A stretch of DNA of 64,000 nucleotides from a virus (IMGVR_UViG_3300045988_159857:1-64000); one strand, 5' to 3'; shown: positions 43,747 to 52,985, counted from the stretch's first letter. Notes: generated from the letters alone by a model not told the origin. Made by a program: numbers and translations.

Positions 43747-44205
43747 TTAACCTTTTGATACGTCTACTCTATAATGAGATTCAATGTAGTCTAACTTATT
43801 CTTAAGCTCTCTAATCTCATCAAGTTTGTTTTCATAGAGAGTAAATACGTCAGGTTCGTCGTCATTTGAATTTTCTAATTCTGACTCCTCGTCATTTGCG
43901 TGCTTAAGTAACTCTCTAATGATATCCTCCAATCTATATGCTTCAGATTCTGCGGTTTTAAGCTTCGTTTGAATTACTTCATATGTATCATTATCAAACT
44001 TACGGATTTTGTTAGTCATTTTAGAAAGTCTGATAGCATACTCAAGAGCATTTCTTAATGTAAGTAGCTCGGTGTAGTCCTTACCTTTAACATCATAACA
44101 TGCAACGGAACACTCTTCATATTTGTAAAGGACGGCATCACACTCTTCTAGAAGTCTGTAAGCTTCAAGGTACGTAGGATTAAAGTTTTTTAAATCAATG
44201 TTCAT
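43747..44205 (-). CDS. Coiled-coil hypothetical protein
   Basis: 152-aa ORF, SD AAGGAG, downstream of two tandem promoters. The tRNA array follows with no obvious promoter of its own. Confidence 0.55.
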   Translation of the reverse strand: MNIDLKNFNPTYLEAYRLLEECDAVLYKYEECSVACYDVKGKDYTELLTLRNALEYAIRLSKMTNKIRKFDNDTYEVIQTKLKTAESEAYRLEDIIRELLKHANDEESELENSNDDEPDVFTLYENKLDEIRELKNKLDYIESHYRVDVSKG

Positions 44206-44226
44206 TATTACATTCTCCTTTATACA

Positions 44227-44259
44227 ATTATATATTAAATGTTACAATTTTTCAACTAA
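44227..44259 (-). promoter_or_regulatory. TTAGTTGA-type promoter
   Basis: TTAG + -35 TTGAAA (44250-44255), a 17-nt spacer and -10 TATAAT (44227-44232). Confidence 0.6.
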
Positions 44260-44334
44260 AATTATTTAATTTTTACTAATTATTTTAGTTTTTTATTCAT
44301 TAAAGTTACTACATGTAATTTAATTTATATCCAT

Positions 44335-44367
44335 ATTATATGATATAAATAATTTTATATCAACTAA
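44335..44367 (-). promoter_or_regulatory. TTAGTTGA-type promoter (tandem with 44227-44259)
   Basis: TTAG + -35 TTGATA (44358-44363), a 17-nt spacer and -10 TATAAT (44335-44340). Confidence 0.6.
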
Positions 44368-44388
44368 ATTATTTATAATAATATACAA

Positions 44389-44733
44389 TTAAGAACTAAT
44401 TTTAATAATTTTATCACCTTTATGAGTTGCGTATTTATTATTGAAAGTAGCGAGAAGTTGTTCCCAAGAAAGAACCATGGCATAGTTTTGGAAGATTCTA
44501 CCATCTTCCATTCCATTACAATGTCCTACATAACTAACTATTGCAGATTCTTTGCTTCGAGATTTTGTGGTATAATGACGACCGTCTAAACGCGTGATTA
44601 CATAAAACGTTTCTGGTCCGTTACCGTTATAATTGTCGAAAATTATGTGATTAGGGTGAAGTACCGACAGAATTTTGTCTTTCACTTCAAGTACATTACC
44701 CTCATTTTCATCAAGATATAAAGTTACTTTCAT
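44389..44733 (-). CDS. Hypothetical protein
   Basis: 114-aa ORF, SD GGAGAAAGGA. Confidence 0.55.
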   Translation of the reverse strand: MKVTLYLDENEGNVLEVKDKILSVLHPNHIIFDNYNGNGPETFYVITRLDGRHYTTKSRSKESAIVSYVGHCNGMEDGRIFQNYAMVLSWEQLLATFNNKYATHKGDKIIKISS

Positions 44734-44878
44734 TTAGTATTTTATTCCTTTCTCCTAAGTAATTAAAATCTACTCACTCTAACAATATCACATCAGTCAT
44801 GTTAAACATTATATAGCAACCGCAAATCAATTTGACAGTATTAAATAAACGTCATCAAGAAATCTTCTCTGCTTGGAA

Positions 44879-45596
44879 TCATTTTGTTTTCTCCTTTGAT
44901 TTGTGTTTTTCTTCAACCATTTTTGCATATGTAAAACAGTGTGATAAGAATTTATCAAATACGAAAAGGTTGTTTGCCGAAAAGCACGAAAAATATATCG
45001 CATCCTCGTCGTTATACAACTCGCCTTGATACCTTTTCCATATCTCTTCATAAGCAAAACTCTTTCGCAAATATGTTAATTGTTCACTTGCATCTATAGG
45101 GTCTGGATATTCTTTGTCAAAATTAAAAGGACTATAATTTTCGTTATAGATTTTCTTAATCTCACCAACATCTTTTGTTATCCATTTTCCGAATATTTCT
45201 TCAAATTCTTTTACTCCGTGCCAATGTGAAGCCTCATAATCTTGGTCGCCAGAATTTTGAAATTCAATTGACGCATCAAATAAGTCCTTTACAGCATTTG
45301 GTACTCCGAAGACTCCAAGAAGATGATATTCATTATCATAAAAATATCTGAAGGTAAATAGATTACACACCCAATTATTTGAGGCATTAAAAACATCAGT
45401 TTCTTCTTTTATGACTAAATCCGAATAATTCTCTGATAAATCAAAAAGATGTTTCTTTACGAAAGGACAATAAATGTAATTGTCCTTTGCAATTTCTGAA
45501 AAATCAAAATACAGGCGTTTTTTTTAAGTTGCGAAGGAAAGGAATTATGTCCTTCTCTTCCATTTTCTTAAAATTGATTTCACACCAATAACTCAT
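44879..45596 (-). CDS. Hypothetical protein interrupted by a frame change at an A8 run
   Basis: ATG 45596 with SD GAGGAGAA opens a 30-codon ORF (MSYWCEINFKKMEEKDIIPFLRNLKKTPVF). The +1 frame is open from the A8 run (45518-45525) to the stop at 44879 and contains track ORF 44879..45370. Confidence 0.5.
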
Positions 45597-45672
45597 TTTA
45601 TTTTCTCCTCATATCAAAATTACTGTGATGTTAATCTTACCTTAACACTCCTATTACAATTTTCTTATCTAT

Positions 45673-45705
45673 AGTATAAGATATACTAAAGTATTATTCA
45701 ACTAA
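45673..45705 (-). promoter_or_regulatory. TTAGTTGA-type promoter
   Basis: TTAG + -35 TTGAAT (45696-45701), a 17-nt spacer and -10 TATACT (45673-45678). Confidence 0.55.
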
Positions 45706-45795
45706 ATATCCTTTAAAAGTTAAAATTCCCGAATTTTAATGTTTTGGAATTAGTTTAATTAACATACTTACGGAGGATATTATAAGTATTTATGA

Positions 45796-45975
45796 TTAGA
45801 GATTAACATAGTTACTTACTAATACATTTGGATTACGCCCTTTACCTAGTTTTTTCCATTCACTATCATAAATGAAGTAAGTACTTCGGTCATCTTTTTT
45901 TGAAGTTATGTAAAATTTATCACCTGTAGAATTTTTAACACTTATCCAAATTATTTCATTCCCATGTTTTTTCAT
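45796..45975 (-). CDS. Possible 59-aa protein
   Basis: My translation: MKKHGNEIIWISVKNSTGDKFYITSKKDDRSTYFIYDSEWKKLGKGRNPNVLVSNYVNL. Below the track cutoff. Confidence 0.4.
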   Translation of the reverse strand: MKKHGNEIIWISVKNSTGDKFYITSKKDDRSTYFIYDSEWKKLGKGRNPNVLVSNYVNL

Positions 45976-45994
45976 GAATATTTACCTTATCTAC

Positions 45995-46153
45995 TTAATC
46001 ATTTAGTGTTTTATTGTTTATATAGGTAATAATAATATGATTATCAGCAGTGTTAAATACGTTTACTATTTTAATTTTGTTTATATCTTGTTTTACTACC
46101 CAGTCTTTATAATACTCTACAGTAGTAAATAGTTTAACATTATAAGTATTCAT
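45995..46153 (-). CDS. Possible 52-aa protein
   Basis: My translation: MNTYNVKLFTTVEYYKDWVVKQDINKIKIVNVFNTADNHIIITYINNKTLND. Starts 4 nt after the upstream stop. Confidence 0.35.
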   Translation of the reverse strand: MNTYNVKLFTTVEYYKDWVVKQDINKIKIVNVFNTADNHIIITYINNKTLND

Positions 46154-46157
46154 AAAC

Positions 46158-46349
46158 TTAGTTTACCTTTTCAGCCCCGGCTATAATTACTCGGTATTCG
46201 GCTATCGATATTTCCCCTGGTTTAAAATGGGCCTTTTTAGCTACTCTCCTTGCATTACCCTTTTTGTAATAATACTTCCTACCTTTTGTGTTTAATACTA
46301 AAGGTTGTAGCGTATTACTATCTACAATAGCGTATATCCTATCAAGCAT
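46158..46349 (-). CDS. Hypothetical small protein
   Basis: 63-aa basic ORF. Confidence 0.5.
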   Translation of the reverse strand: MLDRIYAIVDSNTLQPLVLNTKGRKYYYKKGNARRVAKKAHFKPGEISIAEYRVIIAGAEKVN

Positions 46350-46350
46350 T

Positions 46351-46647
46351 TTATATTTCAGTCCTTTCTACAAGTTCAAATTCCGGAATTTCAGCGTGTC
46401 TACCGAAAATGTCGACTTTATCTTTTAAATAGTTTGTAGACTTTTCAATCAATTCATGACATCTCTTCTCTGTCGTTAAATAAGGAACTGCCGAAATTTC
46501 CCAATCATCACAATCGTTATAACCTTTCAAATAAAGTTGTCTTCCGTAAAGGTTTGTTCCAGCTAATATTATATATTTTTTATTGTCAAAAGTTTCTGTA
46601 CTTTCCCACAAACTTTTCTTTTTTATCTTACTTTTACTCATTGTCAA
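46351..46647 (-). CDS. Hypothetical protein
   Basis: 98-aa ORF. Confidence 0.5.
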   Translation of the reverse strand: MTMSKSKIKKKSLWESTETFDNKKYIILAGTNLYGRQLYLKGYNDCDDWEISAVPYLTTEKRCHELIEKSTNYLKDKVDIFGRHAEIPEFELVERTEI

Positions 46648-46903
46648 TAACTTCTTTATTTGTACAAGGAATGACAGTGTTTAACCAATCATACTCATAC
46701 TTAACAGCACTATCGAAGTCATCAAAGTTAAATAACTGTCCTGAAGATGTTACATAAAAAGGTTGAGAATTGTTAACTATAACAACTTTTACATTTGCGT
46801 TAGCCATCTTCTCAGGTGTCATTTGTAACATTATTCTTCTGTAGTTTGTCATTTCACGATTGTCTCTACTTTCTGTTATCAAATCATTTTTATTAGAACT
46901 CAT
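46634..46903 (-). CDS. Hypothetical protein
   Basis: 89-aa ORF, SD AAGGAGAA. Confidence 0.5.
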   Translation of the reverse strand: MSSNKNDLITESRDNREMTNYRRIMLQMTPEKMANANVKVVIVNNSQPFYVTSSGQLFNFDDFDSAVKYEYDWLNTVIPCTNKEVIDNE

Positions 46904-46915
46904 CTTTAATTCTCC

Positions 46916-47080
46916 TTAATAGTTATTTTCATACCATTCAATTTTATCCTTAAGTTCGTCCACTTGCATTAAGGTAGCTTGTAAATATTCTACAATGTCC
47001 ATTCCTTTGAAATCTCCACGAGCCTTAACAAATTGTTCGTAGTCGGATAAAAACTTTTCAACGTCACTTTTCAAAATCAT
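46916..47080 (-). CDS. Possible 54-aa protein
   Basis: My translation: MILKSDVEKFLSDYEQFVKARGDFKGMDIVEYLQATLMQVDELKDKIEWYENNY. ATGA overlap with the ligase stop. Confidence 0.4.
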   Translation of the reverse strand: MILKSDVEKFLSDYEQFVKARGDFKGMDIVEYLQATLMQVDELKDKIEWYENNY

Positions 47081-48405
47081 TCTAAACTTACCTCCTTCCC
47101 AATTTCTCTAACACTTAAGAATGTAGGAAATTGTAGACTTTCAGTTCCGTCCTTATTCTTTGTAACTTCTTTATATTTAACTTCAATAACTCTACCAATG
47201 ATTTCTTCAGGATGTTCCCAATAGTATATCCTTTGTTCGTCAGAAAGCCCTGAACCTACGCCAACTTCGTTACCTTTAAAATCAACTATAAATTTACCAA
47301 CTCTATTTTCGTTACGTCCTGTTCCGGCTTCTACTTTAATAACTTTCAAATCGTATTTGTAGAATTTCTTAACTTTTATAAGATTCTTTGTTCGTCTACA
47401 TTCATAAGGGGTATCAAGATTTACCATAACACCTTCCCAATCATGTTCTTCTGCATATTCGAGTGCTTTGTTAATTTCGTTATGGTTAGTACCTTGGTAT
47501 AAAAATTCAACGACATCAATATTGTTTAACTTATAGTCATCTATAATTTTATTAAACATTTTTAATATAGGAAGTCTCATCTTATAGGTTAGTAATGATT
47601 TTCCGTTCTCAAATTCAGTTGTTTTAAGTAAATCAAATAGAACTAATTTAAGTTCTGATTTGTTTTCCTTTTTAGAATTTGCAATACCTGTACCTTTTTG
47701 AAACCTTTCACTATCAGTAAGTATTCCGTCATCTTTTAAAAGTAACTCCCCATCAAATACATAGTCTTTATAATTAGTAGGAGACATCATCGTTTGAATA
47801 TCTTTTATAATATGTTCACAACCTGTGAATTCTTTACCTTGACGGCTGTATAGATGTCCTTTATAGTAAAAACATCGTGTACCATTTAATTTGTGACTAA
47901 TGCTTATCCAAGCATTTTCCGGTATTTTACAATTCTCTATACTTGTGCCAAGCATTACATCTAATGTTTTAATAAAATCTTTACCGTATATTTTATTACA
48001 AGTTGTAACACTAACTCCAAGTCTTAATGATTTAGTTACTATATCCTGTAAGAATTTCTCTAGTACGGCTTCATAACATAAACCTTCGCCCTCAATAAGC
48101 TTTTCAATATAGTGATTTACATAAGCGATATCTATATCTCTACCTGTAGTATTCTCTTCAAAGTATTTAAGAAAATTTTCTATCCGATAGTCATAAGACT
48201 TTTCAGTGTGAACAGTATAACTAACATCTTTCTTAATCTTACTTGTGTTTATTCCTGTTACTATCATTGGGTCAACAATGAATTTTAACACAGTCTTAAA
48301 TATTTGAACATGTTCTTTTGATTTAAGAAAAGCTTCTTTTTCAAGTCTCGATGATGTTTCTTGTAAGGTTTTGAAATCTAAATATAAATTATACAATTCA
48401 CTCAT
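47077..48405 (-). CDS. ATP-dependent DNA ligase
   Basis: Motif I variant SHKLNGTR (KxNG instead of KxDG), motif III FDGELLL, motif IV EGVMVN, motif V LIKVKKF. Confidence 0.75.
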   Translation of the reverse strand: MSELYNLYLDFKTLQETSSRLEKEAFLKSKEHVQIFKTVLKFIVDPMIVTGINTSKIKKDVSYTVHTEKSYDYRIENFLKYFEENTTGRDIDIAYVNHYIEKLIEGEGLCYEAVLEKFLQDIVTKSLRLGVSVTTCNKIYGKDFIKTLDVMLGTSIENCKIPENAWISISHKLNGTRCFYYKGHLYSRQGKEFTGCEHIIKDIQTMMSPTNYKDYVFDGELLLKDDGILTDSERFQKGTGIANSKKENKSELKLVLFDLLKTTEFENGKSLLTYKMRLPILKMFNKIIDDYKLNNIDVVEFLYQGTNHNEINKALEYAEEHDWEGVMVNLDTPYECRRTKNLIKVKKFYKYDLKVIKVEAGTGRNENRVGKFIVDFKGNEVGVGSGLSDEQRIYYWEHPEEIIGRVIEVKYKEVTKNKDGTESLQFPTFLSVREIGKEVSLE

Positions 48406-48494
48406 TTATTTATAACCTCATATAATAGTGTATGCTTTATAATTATAAAGAAAGTCTTTAAAAAAGGTTTATAACCTTTTTAACTTATAAACAT

Positions 48495-48527
48495 ATTATA
48501 ATATAAAACATAATAAATTTCAACTAA
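48495..48527 (-). promoter_or_regulatory. TTAGTTGA-type promoter built over the kinase gene's stop codon
   Basis: The TAG stop forms part of the TTAG box. -35 TTGAAA (48518-48523), a 17-nt spacer and -10 TATAAT (48495-48500). Confidence 0.6.
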
Positions 48528-49411
48528 TGTGCTTCAACGTCGGCTTCGTGAAGCAAATCAATATATTTTTTGAGAAATGTCGGTAATTGTTTGTAGTATT
48601 TCGTTTCCAAATACGGTTCCATATGTACATTAACTAACCATGAAACATTTATAACAGTACAAAGGTCATCACCTTGAAGAAGTCCCGGAATTAAATAACT
48701 ACCTACATTTTGGTTGTTGTAATAGTGTGCTATAGTTGTTTCTTCTTGTTTACTATTATGAAAATCTTTTACAAAAGGTTTGCCACAATCATGATATTTC
48801 GCAGCAGTAATCAAATATTTACTAACATTTTGTTTAGTAGACATTATACGTTCACACTCATTACAATGTTCTAAAATATTTAAGGTGTGGTGAGGGTTAT
48901 CGTGTGGTTCATCCATCATTGAGTATACTTTATCTTTGAACTTCTTAATATCAAAATTCTCATCGTTTATTAAATAGTTAATATGGTCCCAACCCTCGTC
49001 GAAAAACGGTGGTTGATAAAGTTTTACAAATTTATTTATAACATATTTACCAACATGTCGTTCACGATGTATATCTCTATCTATACAAACAGTTATAGGT
49101 GCCCACACTACTACGGCATACTTTACAACGTAAGAAGGTAATTTTGTTAAAAGTTCTTTACGTTTTTTACGTACAACATTGGTTGCATCATATATTACAT
49201 TAACACCTTTGTCTAAATTTTCAAGTGTTCTTACTAACATTTCCTTAAAAACTTTATTATTGTCTTCTTGTGAACTCGCATTCCCAAACAACTCTTGTCG
49301 TATCACATCAGAGGATATTATGACTGTACCAGGTTTTTTACGTTTTTGTCCGTAATAACTTTTACCACTACCGGGTAATCCTATTAGCATTGTGAACATT
49401 GGGAATTTCAT
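48524..49411 (-). CDS. Polynucleotide kinase (P-loop) fused to an HD phosphohydrolase domain (RNA end-healing enzyme candidate)
   Basis: N-terminal MLIGLPGSGKSYYG P-loop. C-terminal HDNPHHTLNILEHC...AAKYHDCGKP has HD-domain His/Asp motifs. Confidence 0.65.
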   Translation of the reverse strand: MKFPMFTMLIGLPGSGKSYYGQKRKKPGTVIISSDVIRQELFGNASSQEDNNKVFKEMLVRTLENLDKGVNVIYDATNVVRKKRKELLTKLPSYVVKYAVVVWAPITVCIDRDIHRERHVGKYVINKFVKLYQPPFFDEGWDHINYLINDENFDIKKFKDKVYSMMDEPHDNPHHTLNILEHCNECERIMSTKQNVSKYLITAAKYHDCGKPFVKDFHNSKQEETTIAHYYNNQNVGSYLIPGLLQGDDLCTVINVSWLVNVHMEPYLETKYYKQLPTFLKKYIDLLHEADVEAH

Positions 49412-49413
49412 AC

Positions 49414-49746
49414 TTAATTACACCTCTCGTAATAATCGTCAACAACCACACTACTTACAATACTTTTAGTATCTACTATGTTTGATTGTCCTTCGACAAT
49501 AGCATTAAATATTCGTGAAAGACATTCATCAACATATCTTTCGTAGTTAATATATTTATTTCTATGTGCGAATAGAGGACAATAAAATACAGTGACAACA
49601 TCTCCACCCTCAAGAGTACAGATAATATTTTGTGAACTATTTACAAATATTCTACATATTTTGTCTATTCGAACACACTGATTGTCTATTGTTTTTAACC
49701 ATTTTCCCACTTCAGCAACTCCTTTTCCCATTTGGAAGAATTCCAA
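49414..49746 (-). CDS. Hypothetical protein
   Basis: 110-aa ORF. Overlaps the ligase's 3' end, so the start may be MGKGVAE. Confidence 0.45.
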   Translation of the reverse strand: MEFFQMGKGVAEVGKWLKTIDNQCVRIDKICRIFVNSSQNIICTLEGGDVVTVFYCPLFAHRNKYINYERYVDECLSRIFNAIVEGQSNIVDTKSIVSSVVVDDYYERCN

Positions 49747-50873
49747 GTTTTCATATACTCCACTGGATTTTTATCATAAGCGAAGAAAAGATAAGACCTT
49801 ACCCATTCCGGATAACTATTAACTAACTGAGCATATTCTTTACGAGTATAATTTTGAGGAAGTTCCGTCCTAAGTTTAACCAAGTAACTAAACGCCATAT
49901 TTTTATAATCAATGATGTCGGCTTCAACGGATGCTAACTCTTTATTATAATCCGTACAATATGTTAGAAATTCTTCTCTTTCACCTTTAAGTATAACATC
50001 TATGAGATACTTTTTCGTAACAACATTATTATTACGCGCATAATGAGCTAAAACATAATTAGGGGATTTTATTTTTATACGATTATTTTTCTTATCATGA
50101 ACTACATAACCTTCTTCATCCCAAGGTAACTCTTTTGAAGCTAACACAACGTCCTCAAAGGTTGAAAGATTATACACCTTTGGAATTTTTACCCCAACAG
50201 TTAAAAAGTCTTTTGTGCATTCCGAATCGGTAAATGATGTTAGAAGGTCTTCTACATTTCTTTCTCCTAAAAAGTATAAACAGGTTTCATTATAAGGCAC
50301 AACAATTCTGTTATATGGGCTCACTAACTCAAAAATATATGTTTGTTTTTTATGTTTTTTACAAATTTTAATTAGTTTAGTTGTGTCCACCGAACTAACA
50401 AACAATTCACCAAAATTTTTATATTTAACACAATTAAGGGGTGCATTAAAAGCGTTTATAGTACCGTTTGTTGAAATCGTATAATCATCAATATCTGAAT
50501 TATACCACACTTTGATTAAAGAACCATCAACTTTTTCGGTAACCTTTGCAGAATTCCAATCAATTTTAGGTACATAAGATTCTTGATAGTTTCCAAACTT
50601 ATCAAAGGCGTGACAAACCGGTTTTGTCCATTCTCCCTCTCTAAATACTATTCCTCTACACTCTCTAACAATATAATTGTTGAAATCAGACTTTACTTGG
50701 TTATATGTAAACATTACATAATGTTTATCATTTTTATAATAATGTTGAGTTTTAACACAATAAGGTTTTTGACACAACAATTGTTCATAATTACTGTTCA
50801 GGTCACAAAAACGTCCTATTTGTGTGCTATAAACCATAAAAACACCGTCCTTAAAAGTGTAACTGAAAGTCAC
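49695..50873 (-). CDS. RNA ligase, T4 Rnl1-like
   Basis: ECRGIVFRE matches T4 Rnl1 ECRGIMFE. Adenylylation motif TEKVDGSLIKV matches TKEDGSLVS. Start may be the ATG at 50837 rather than the GTG at 50873. Confidence 0.8.
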   Translation of the reverse strand: MTFSYTFKDGVFMVYSTQIGRFCDLNSNYEQLLCQKPYCVKTQHYYKNDKHYVMFTYNQVKSDFNNYIVRECRGIVFREGEWTKPVCHAFDKFGNYQESYVPKIDWNSAKVTEKVDGSLIKVWYNSDIDDYTISTNGTINAFNAPLNCVKYKNFGELFVSSVDTTKLIKICKKHKKQTYIFELVSPYNRIVVPYNETCLYFLGERNVEDLLTSFTDSECTKDFLTVGVKIPKVYNLSTFEDVVLASKELPWDEEGYVVHDKKNNRIKIKSPNYVLAHYARNNNVVTKKYLIDVILKGEREEFLTYCTDYNKELASVEADIIDYKNMAFSYLVKLRTELPQNYTRKEYAQLVNSYPEWVRSYLFFAYDKNPVEYMKTWNSSKWEKELLKWENG

Positions 50874-50897
50874 ACTATAATGTTAATTATTATATAT

Positions 50898-50930
50898 ATA
50901 ATAATTTATCTTTACACTAAAGGTAACTAA
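50898..50930 (-). promoter_or_regulatory. Variant promoter box (TTAGTTACC)
   Basis: -35-position hexamer TTACCT (50921-50926), a 17-nt spacer and -10 TATTAT (50898-50903). Confidence 0.35.
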
Positions 50931-51070
50931 TTTTTACCTTTAATACTTTTAAGTAACATTATTTATATATTTGACTTGTAAGCTCTTGGGCTTGCTGTAA
51001 AGCGTTTTTGTATGAATATAATTAAATTATATTATTAAAATTAAAGTTGAAATTTTATTGCGTTATTTTA

Positions 51071-51107
51071 ATAATAAAATAAGGGTTATAAATTACTTAT
51101 AACCCTT
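51071..51107 (-). terminator. Intrinsic terminator
   Basis: 11-bp stem, 51081-51091 with 51097-51107 (AAGGGTTATAA/TTATAACCCTT), followed on the minus strand by ATTTTATTATT. Confidence 0.65.
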
Positions 51108-51168
51108 AAAAATATTAACAATTAAATTTATTAACTTATAACAATAGTTTTAAAGCCTTTAAACATAA

Positions 51169-51576
51169 TTACATAAAATCTCTTGACGACATTCCATAGT
51201 AACCAAGGGGGTCTCTTTCGTATGCAAGACTGTCTTCAAACTCTTCATAAGCTTCGTTTTCAAAAAATGATTTGACATCGTCTTTCATAATTTCAGTGAG
51301 AACTTCTTCGTCAGTATCCTTTACAACATGTCTTGCAAAAGAGACACTTTTAGGGTCTTTTACATCAAGTTTTGTACTATGATAGTCATACTCGTCCATC
51401 ATTGCCTTCACATCGTCTTCTGAAGATTGTGAAATTACCTCAGAAGCTAAGTCAACTACTTCTTCGTCGGAAAGCTCATCAAAAAACGGTCTTGTATCGA
51501 CTTCGTATTCGTAATCATACTCATCGAAATTTCCTGCTCTTGTTCTGTAATCAAACGTGTAATGTAAAGTAGACAT
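51169..51576 (-). CDS. Highly acidic 135-aa protein
   Basis: Asp/Glu/Tyr-rich throughout: ...FDEYDYEYEVD...DEEVVDL...MMDEYDYH... Confidence 0.55.
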   Translation of the reverse strand: MSTLHYTFDYRTRAGNFDEYDYEYEVDTRPFFDELSDEEVVDLASEVISQSSEDDVKAMMDEYDYHSTKLDVKDPKSVSFARHVVKDTDEEVLTEIMKDDVKSFFENEAYEEFEDSLAYERDPLGYYGMSSRDFM

Positions 51577-51631
51577 TTATAACACCTCAAATTATTTAAT
51601 AAGTTTTAACTTTTAATACAATTATGTTGTG

Positions 51632-51663
51632 TAAAAAAGAGGTAACCTTTAACGGGTTACCTC
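51632..51663 (-). terminator. Intrinsic terminator overlapping a stop codon
   Basis: 9-bp stem, 51639-51647 with 51655-51663 (GAGGTAACC/GGTTACCTC), followed on the minus strand by TTTTTT. Confidence 0.7.
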
Positions 51664-51888
51664 CAATACATACATTCCAATGTAACTAATTATAAGTAAT
51701 ATCAGAGACATTATAATTCTTATTATCATAACATGAAATTCAATCAATTCCAGGTCACTTGCACCCGCAGTACTAAAAGCACTTAAAAGTCCTAAAATAA
51801 GAAACATAATACTAAGAATACCTAAAACTTTTCTCCTACGTCTGATTACCTTAATTCTTTCATTCTTAGTAAGTTTTTTCATTTTCAT
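51649..51888 (-). CDS. Small membrane protein (2 TM helices)
   Basis: 79 aa. A basic N-terminus followed by two hydrophobic helices. Confidence 0.55.
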   Translation of the reverse strand: MKMKKLTKNERIKVIRRRRKVLGILSIMFLILGLLSAFSTAGASDLELIEFHVMIIRIIMSLILLIISYIGMYVLEVTR

Positions 51889-51915
51889 TTCCTCCAGTAC
51901 TTAATTTATGCATAT

Positions 51916-51948
51916 ATTATAGTATTAAATTAAATAACAATCAACTAA
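51916..51948 (-). promoter_or_regulatory. TTAGTTGA-type promoter
   Basis: TTAG + -35 TTGATT (51939-51944), a 17-nt spacer and -10 TATAAT (51916-51921). Confidence 0.6.
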
Positions 51949-52161
51949 TTATATGAATACTAAGATACCTGTAAAGACTTGAAAAATTAACATTATTGAC
52001 AAAAAACTTGTAACAAGACAAAATAAAATAAATAGTATTATTCTTTTTAATTTACACCTTTTACAAAATTCACCAAATATTGTGTTATATAATAACACAC
52101 AATCAATAACAAAAACAAACAACCATATTATTAGTAATAAAGACCACTTAAATATTGTCAT
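51949..52161 (-). CDS. Small membrane protein (2-3 TM helices)
   Basis: 70-aa ORF, almost entirely hydrophobic. Confidence 0.5.
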   Translation of the reverse strand: MTIFKWSLLLIIWLFVFVIDCVLLYNTIFGEFCKRCKLKRIILFILFCLVTSFLSIMLIFQVFTGILVFI

Positions 52162-52170
52162 AACTACCTC

Positions 52171-52917
52171 CTATAGTAAATCGTCTTCTAATATTAAAAC
52201 GTTCATTTCTCCTGTATATGCTGTACACCTGTCAATCGCATATATTCCTTCGTTCTCGTAAATGTTCCAACAAGCATTATCACCAAATTCAGACATTGTT
52301 GTTTGAGATTTTCTTTCTGTATCCCTAGCCCATCCATACGAACAGTGCCAATGTCCACACACTGTTGTTTTATTAGGTACCAGTATTCCTTTGTCAGCTA
52401 AATCCATACCGTTATACCAACAACTTTTAGACCAATTCCCATTTCTCCAGTTAAGGTCATATGAAGGAAAGTATGGTGTAAAACCTTTCATATTACAAGG
52501 TATCCAACCATGAACAAATACGTAGTTTTTAGTCTCAAAGTAGTCAACCATTTTGGAGTAAAATTCGTTAATTACTTTAGCTACTTGAGGAAGTGTATAT
52601 TCTTTCTTTTTAACTTTTATTTTATTAACAAGTGTTTGAAATGTTTCATCGGTACCGTTTTGATAGTCATGGTGAAGAGGGTATCCTCTATCAAGATAAC
52701 TTTCCATAAGATATTCATGATTACCTTTTACAAGTACAACATTGTTTAACGACATTAAATATGTCATGACCTCATAAGGTTTGTCTCCCCTATCCCAATA
52801 GTCACCACAACAAACTAATAAGTCATTTTCGTTATTTTCTCTAAAACCAACACTCTTCAGTGTTTCTCTTAAGATATCGTAGTAACCGTGAATATCTGAC
52901 ACAGCGAAGATTCGCAT
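52171..52917 (-). CDS. Metallophosphoesterase (lambda-phosphatase / PrpE-like)
   Basis: MRIFAVSDIHG, CCGDYWDRGD, VKGNHE, GHWH. Confidence 0.8.
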   Translation of the reverse strand: MRIFAVSDIHGYYDILRETLKSVGFRENNENDLLVCCGDYWDRGDKPYEVMTYLMSLNNVVLVKGNHEYLMESYLDRGYPLHHDYQNGTDETFQTLVNKIKVKKKEYTLPQVAKVINEFYSKMVDYFETKNYVFVHGWIPCNMKGFTPYFPSYDLNWRNGNWSKSCWYNGMDLADKGILVPNKTTVCGHWHCSYGWARDTERKSQTTMSEFGDNACWNIYENEGIYAIDRCTAYTGEMNVLILEDDLL

Positions 52918-52952
52918 TATTTATAAATCTCCTTCCACCTTTATTTTACTAT

Positions 52953-52985
52953 ATTATATTATTTTTAGTAGTAAAAAACAACTAA
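52953..52985 (-). promoter_or_regulatory. TTAGTTG-type promoter embedded in the 3' arm of a terminator
   Basis: TTAG + -35 TTGTTT (52976-52981), a 17-nt spacer and -10 TATAAT (52953-52958). Confidence 0.55.

Noticed and set aside
50960-51010. A plus-strand TTGACT hexamer near a short GC-rich stretch, as a divergent promoter.
   Set aside because: No acceptable -10 element lies at 16-19 nt, and there is no downstream plus-strand ORF or hairpin.
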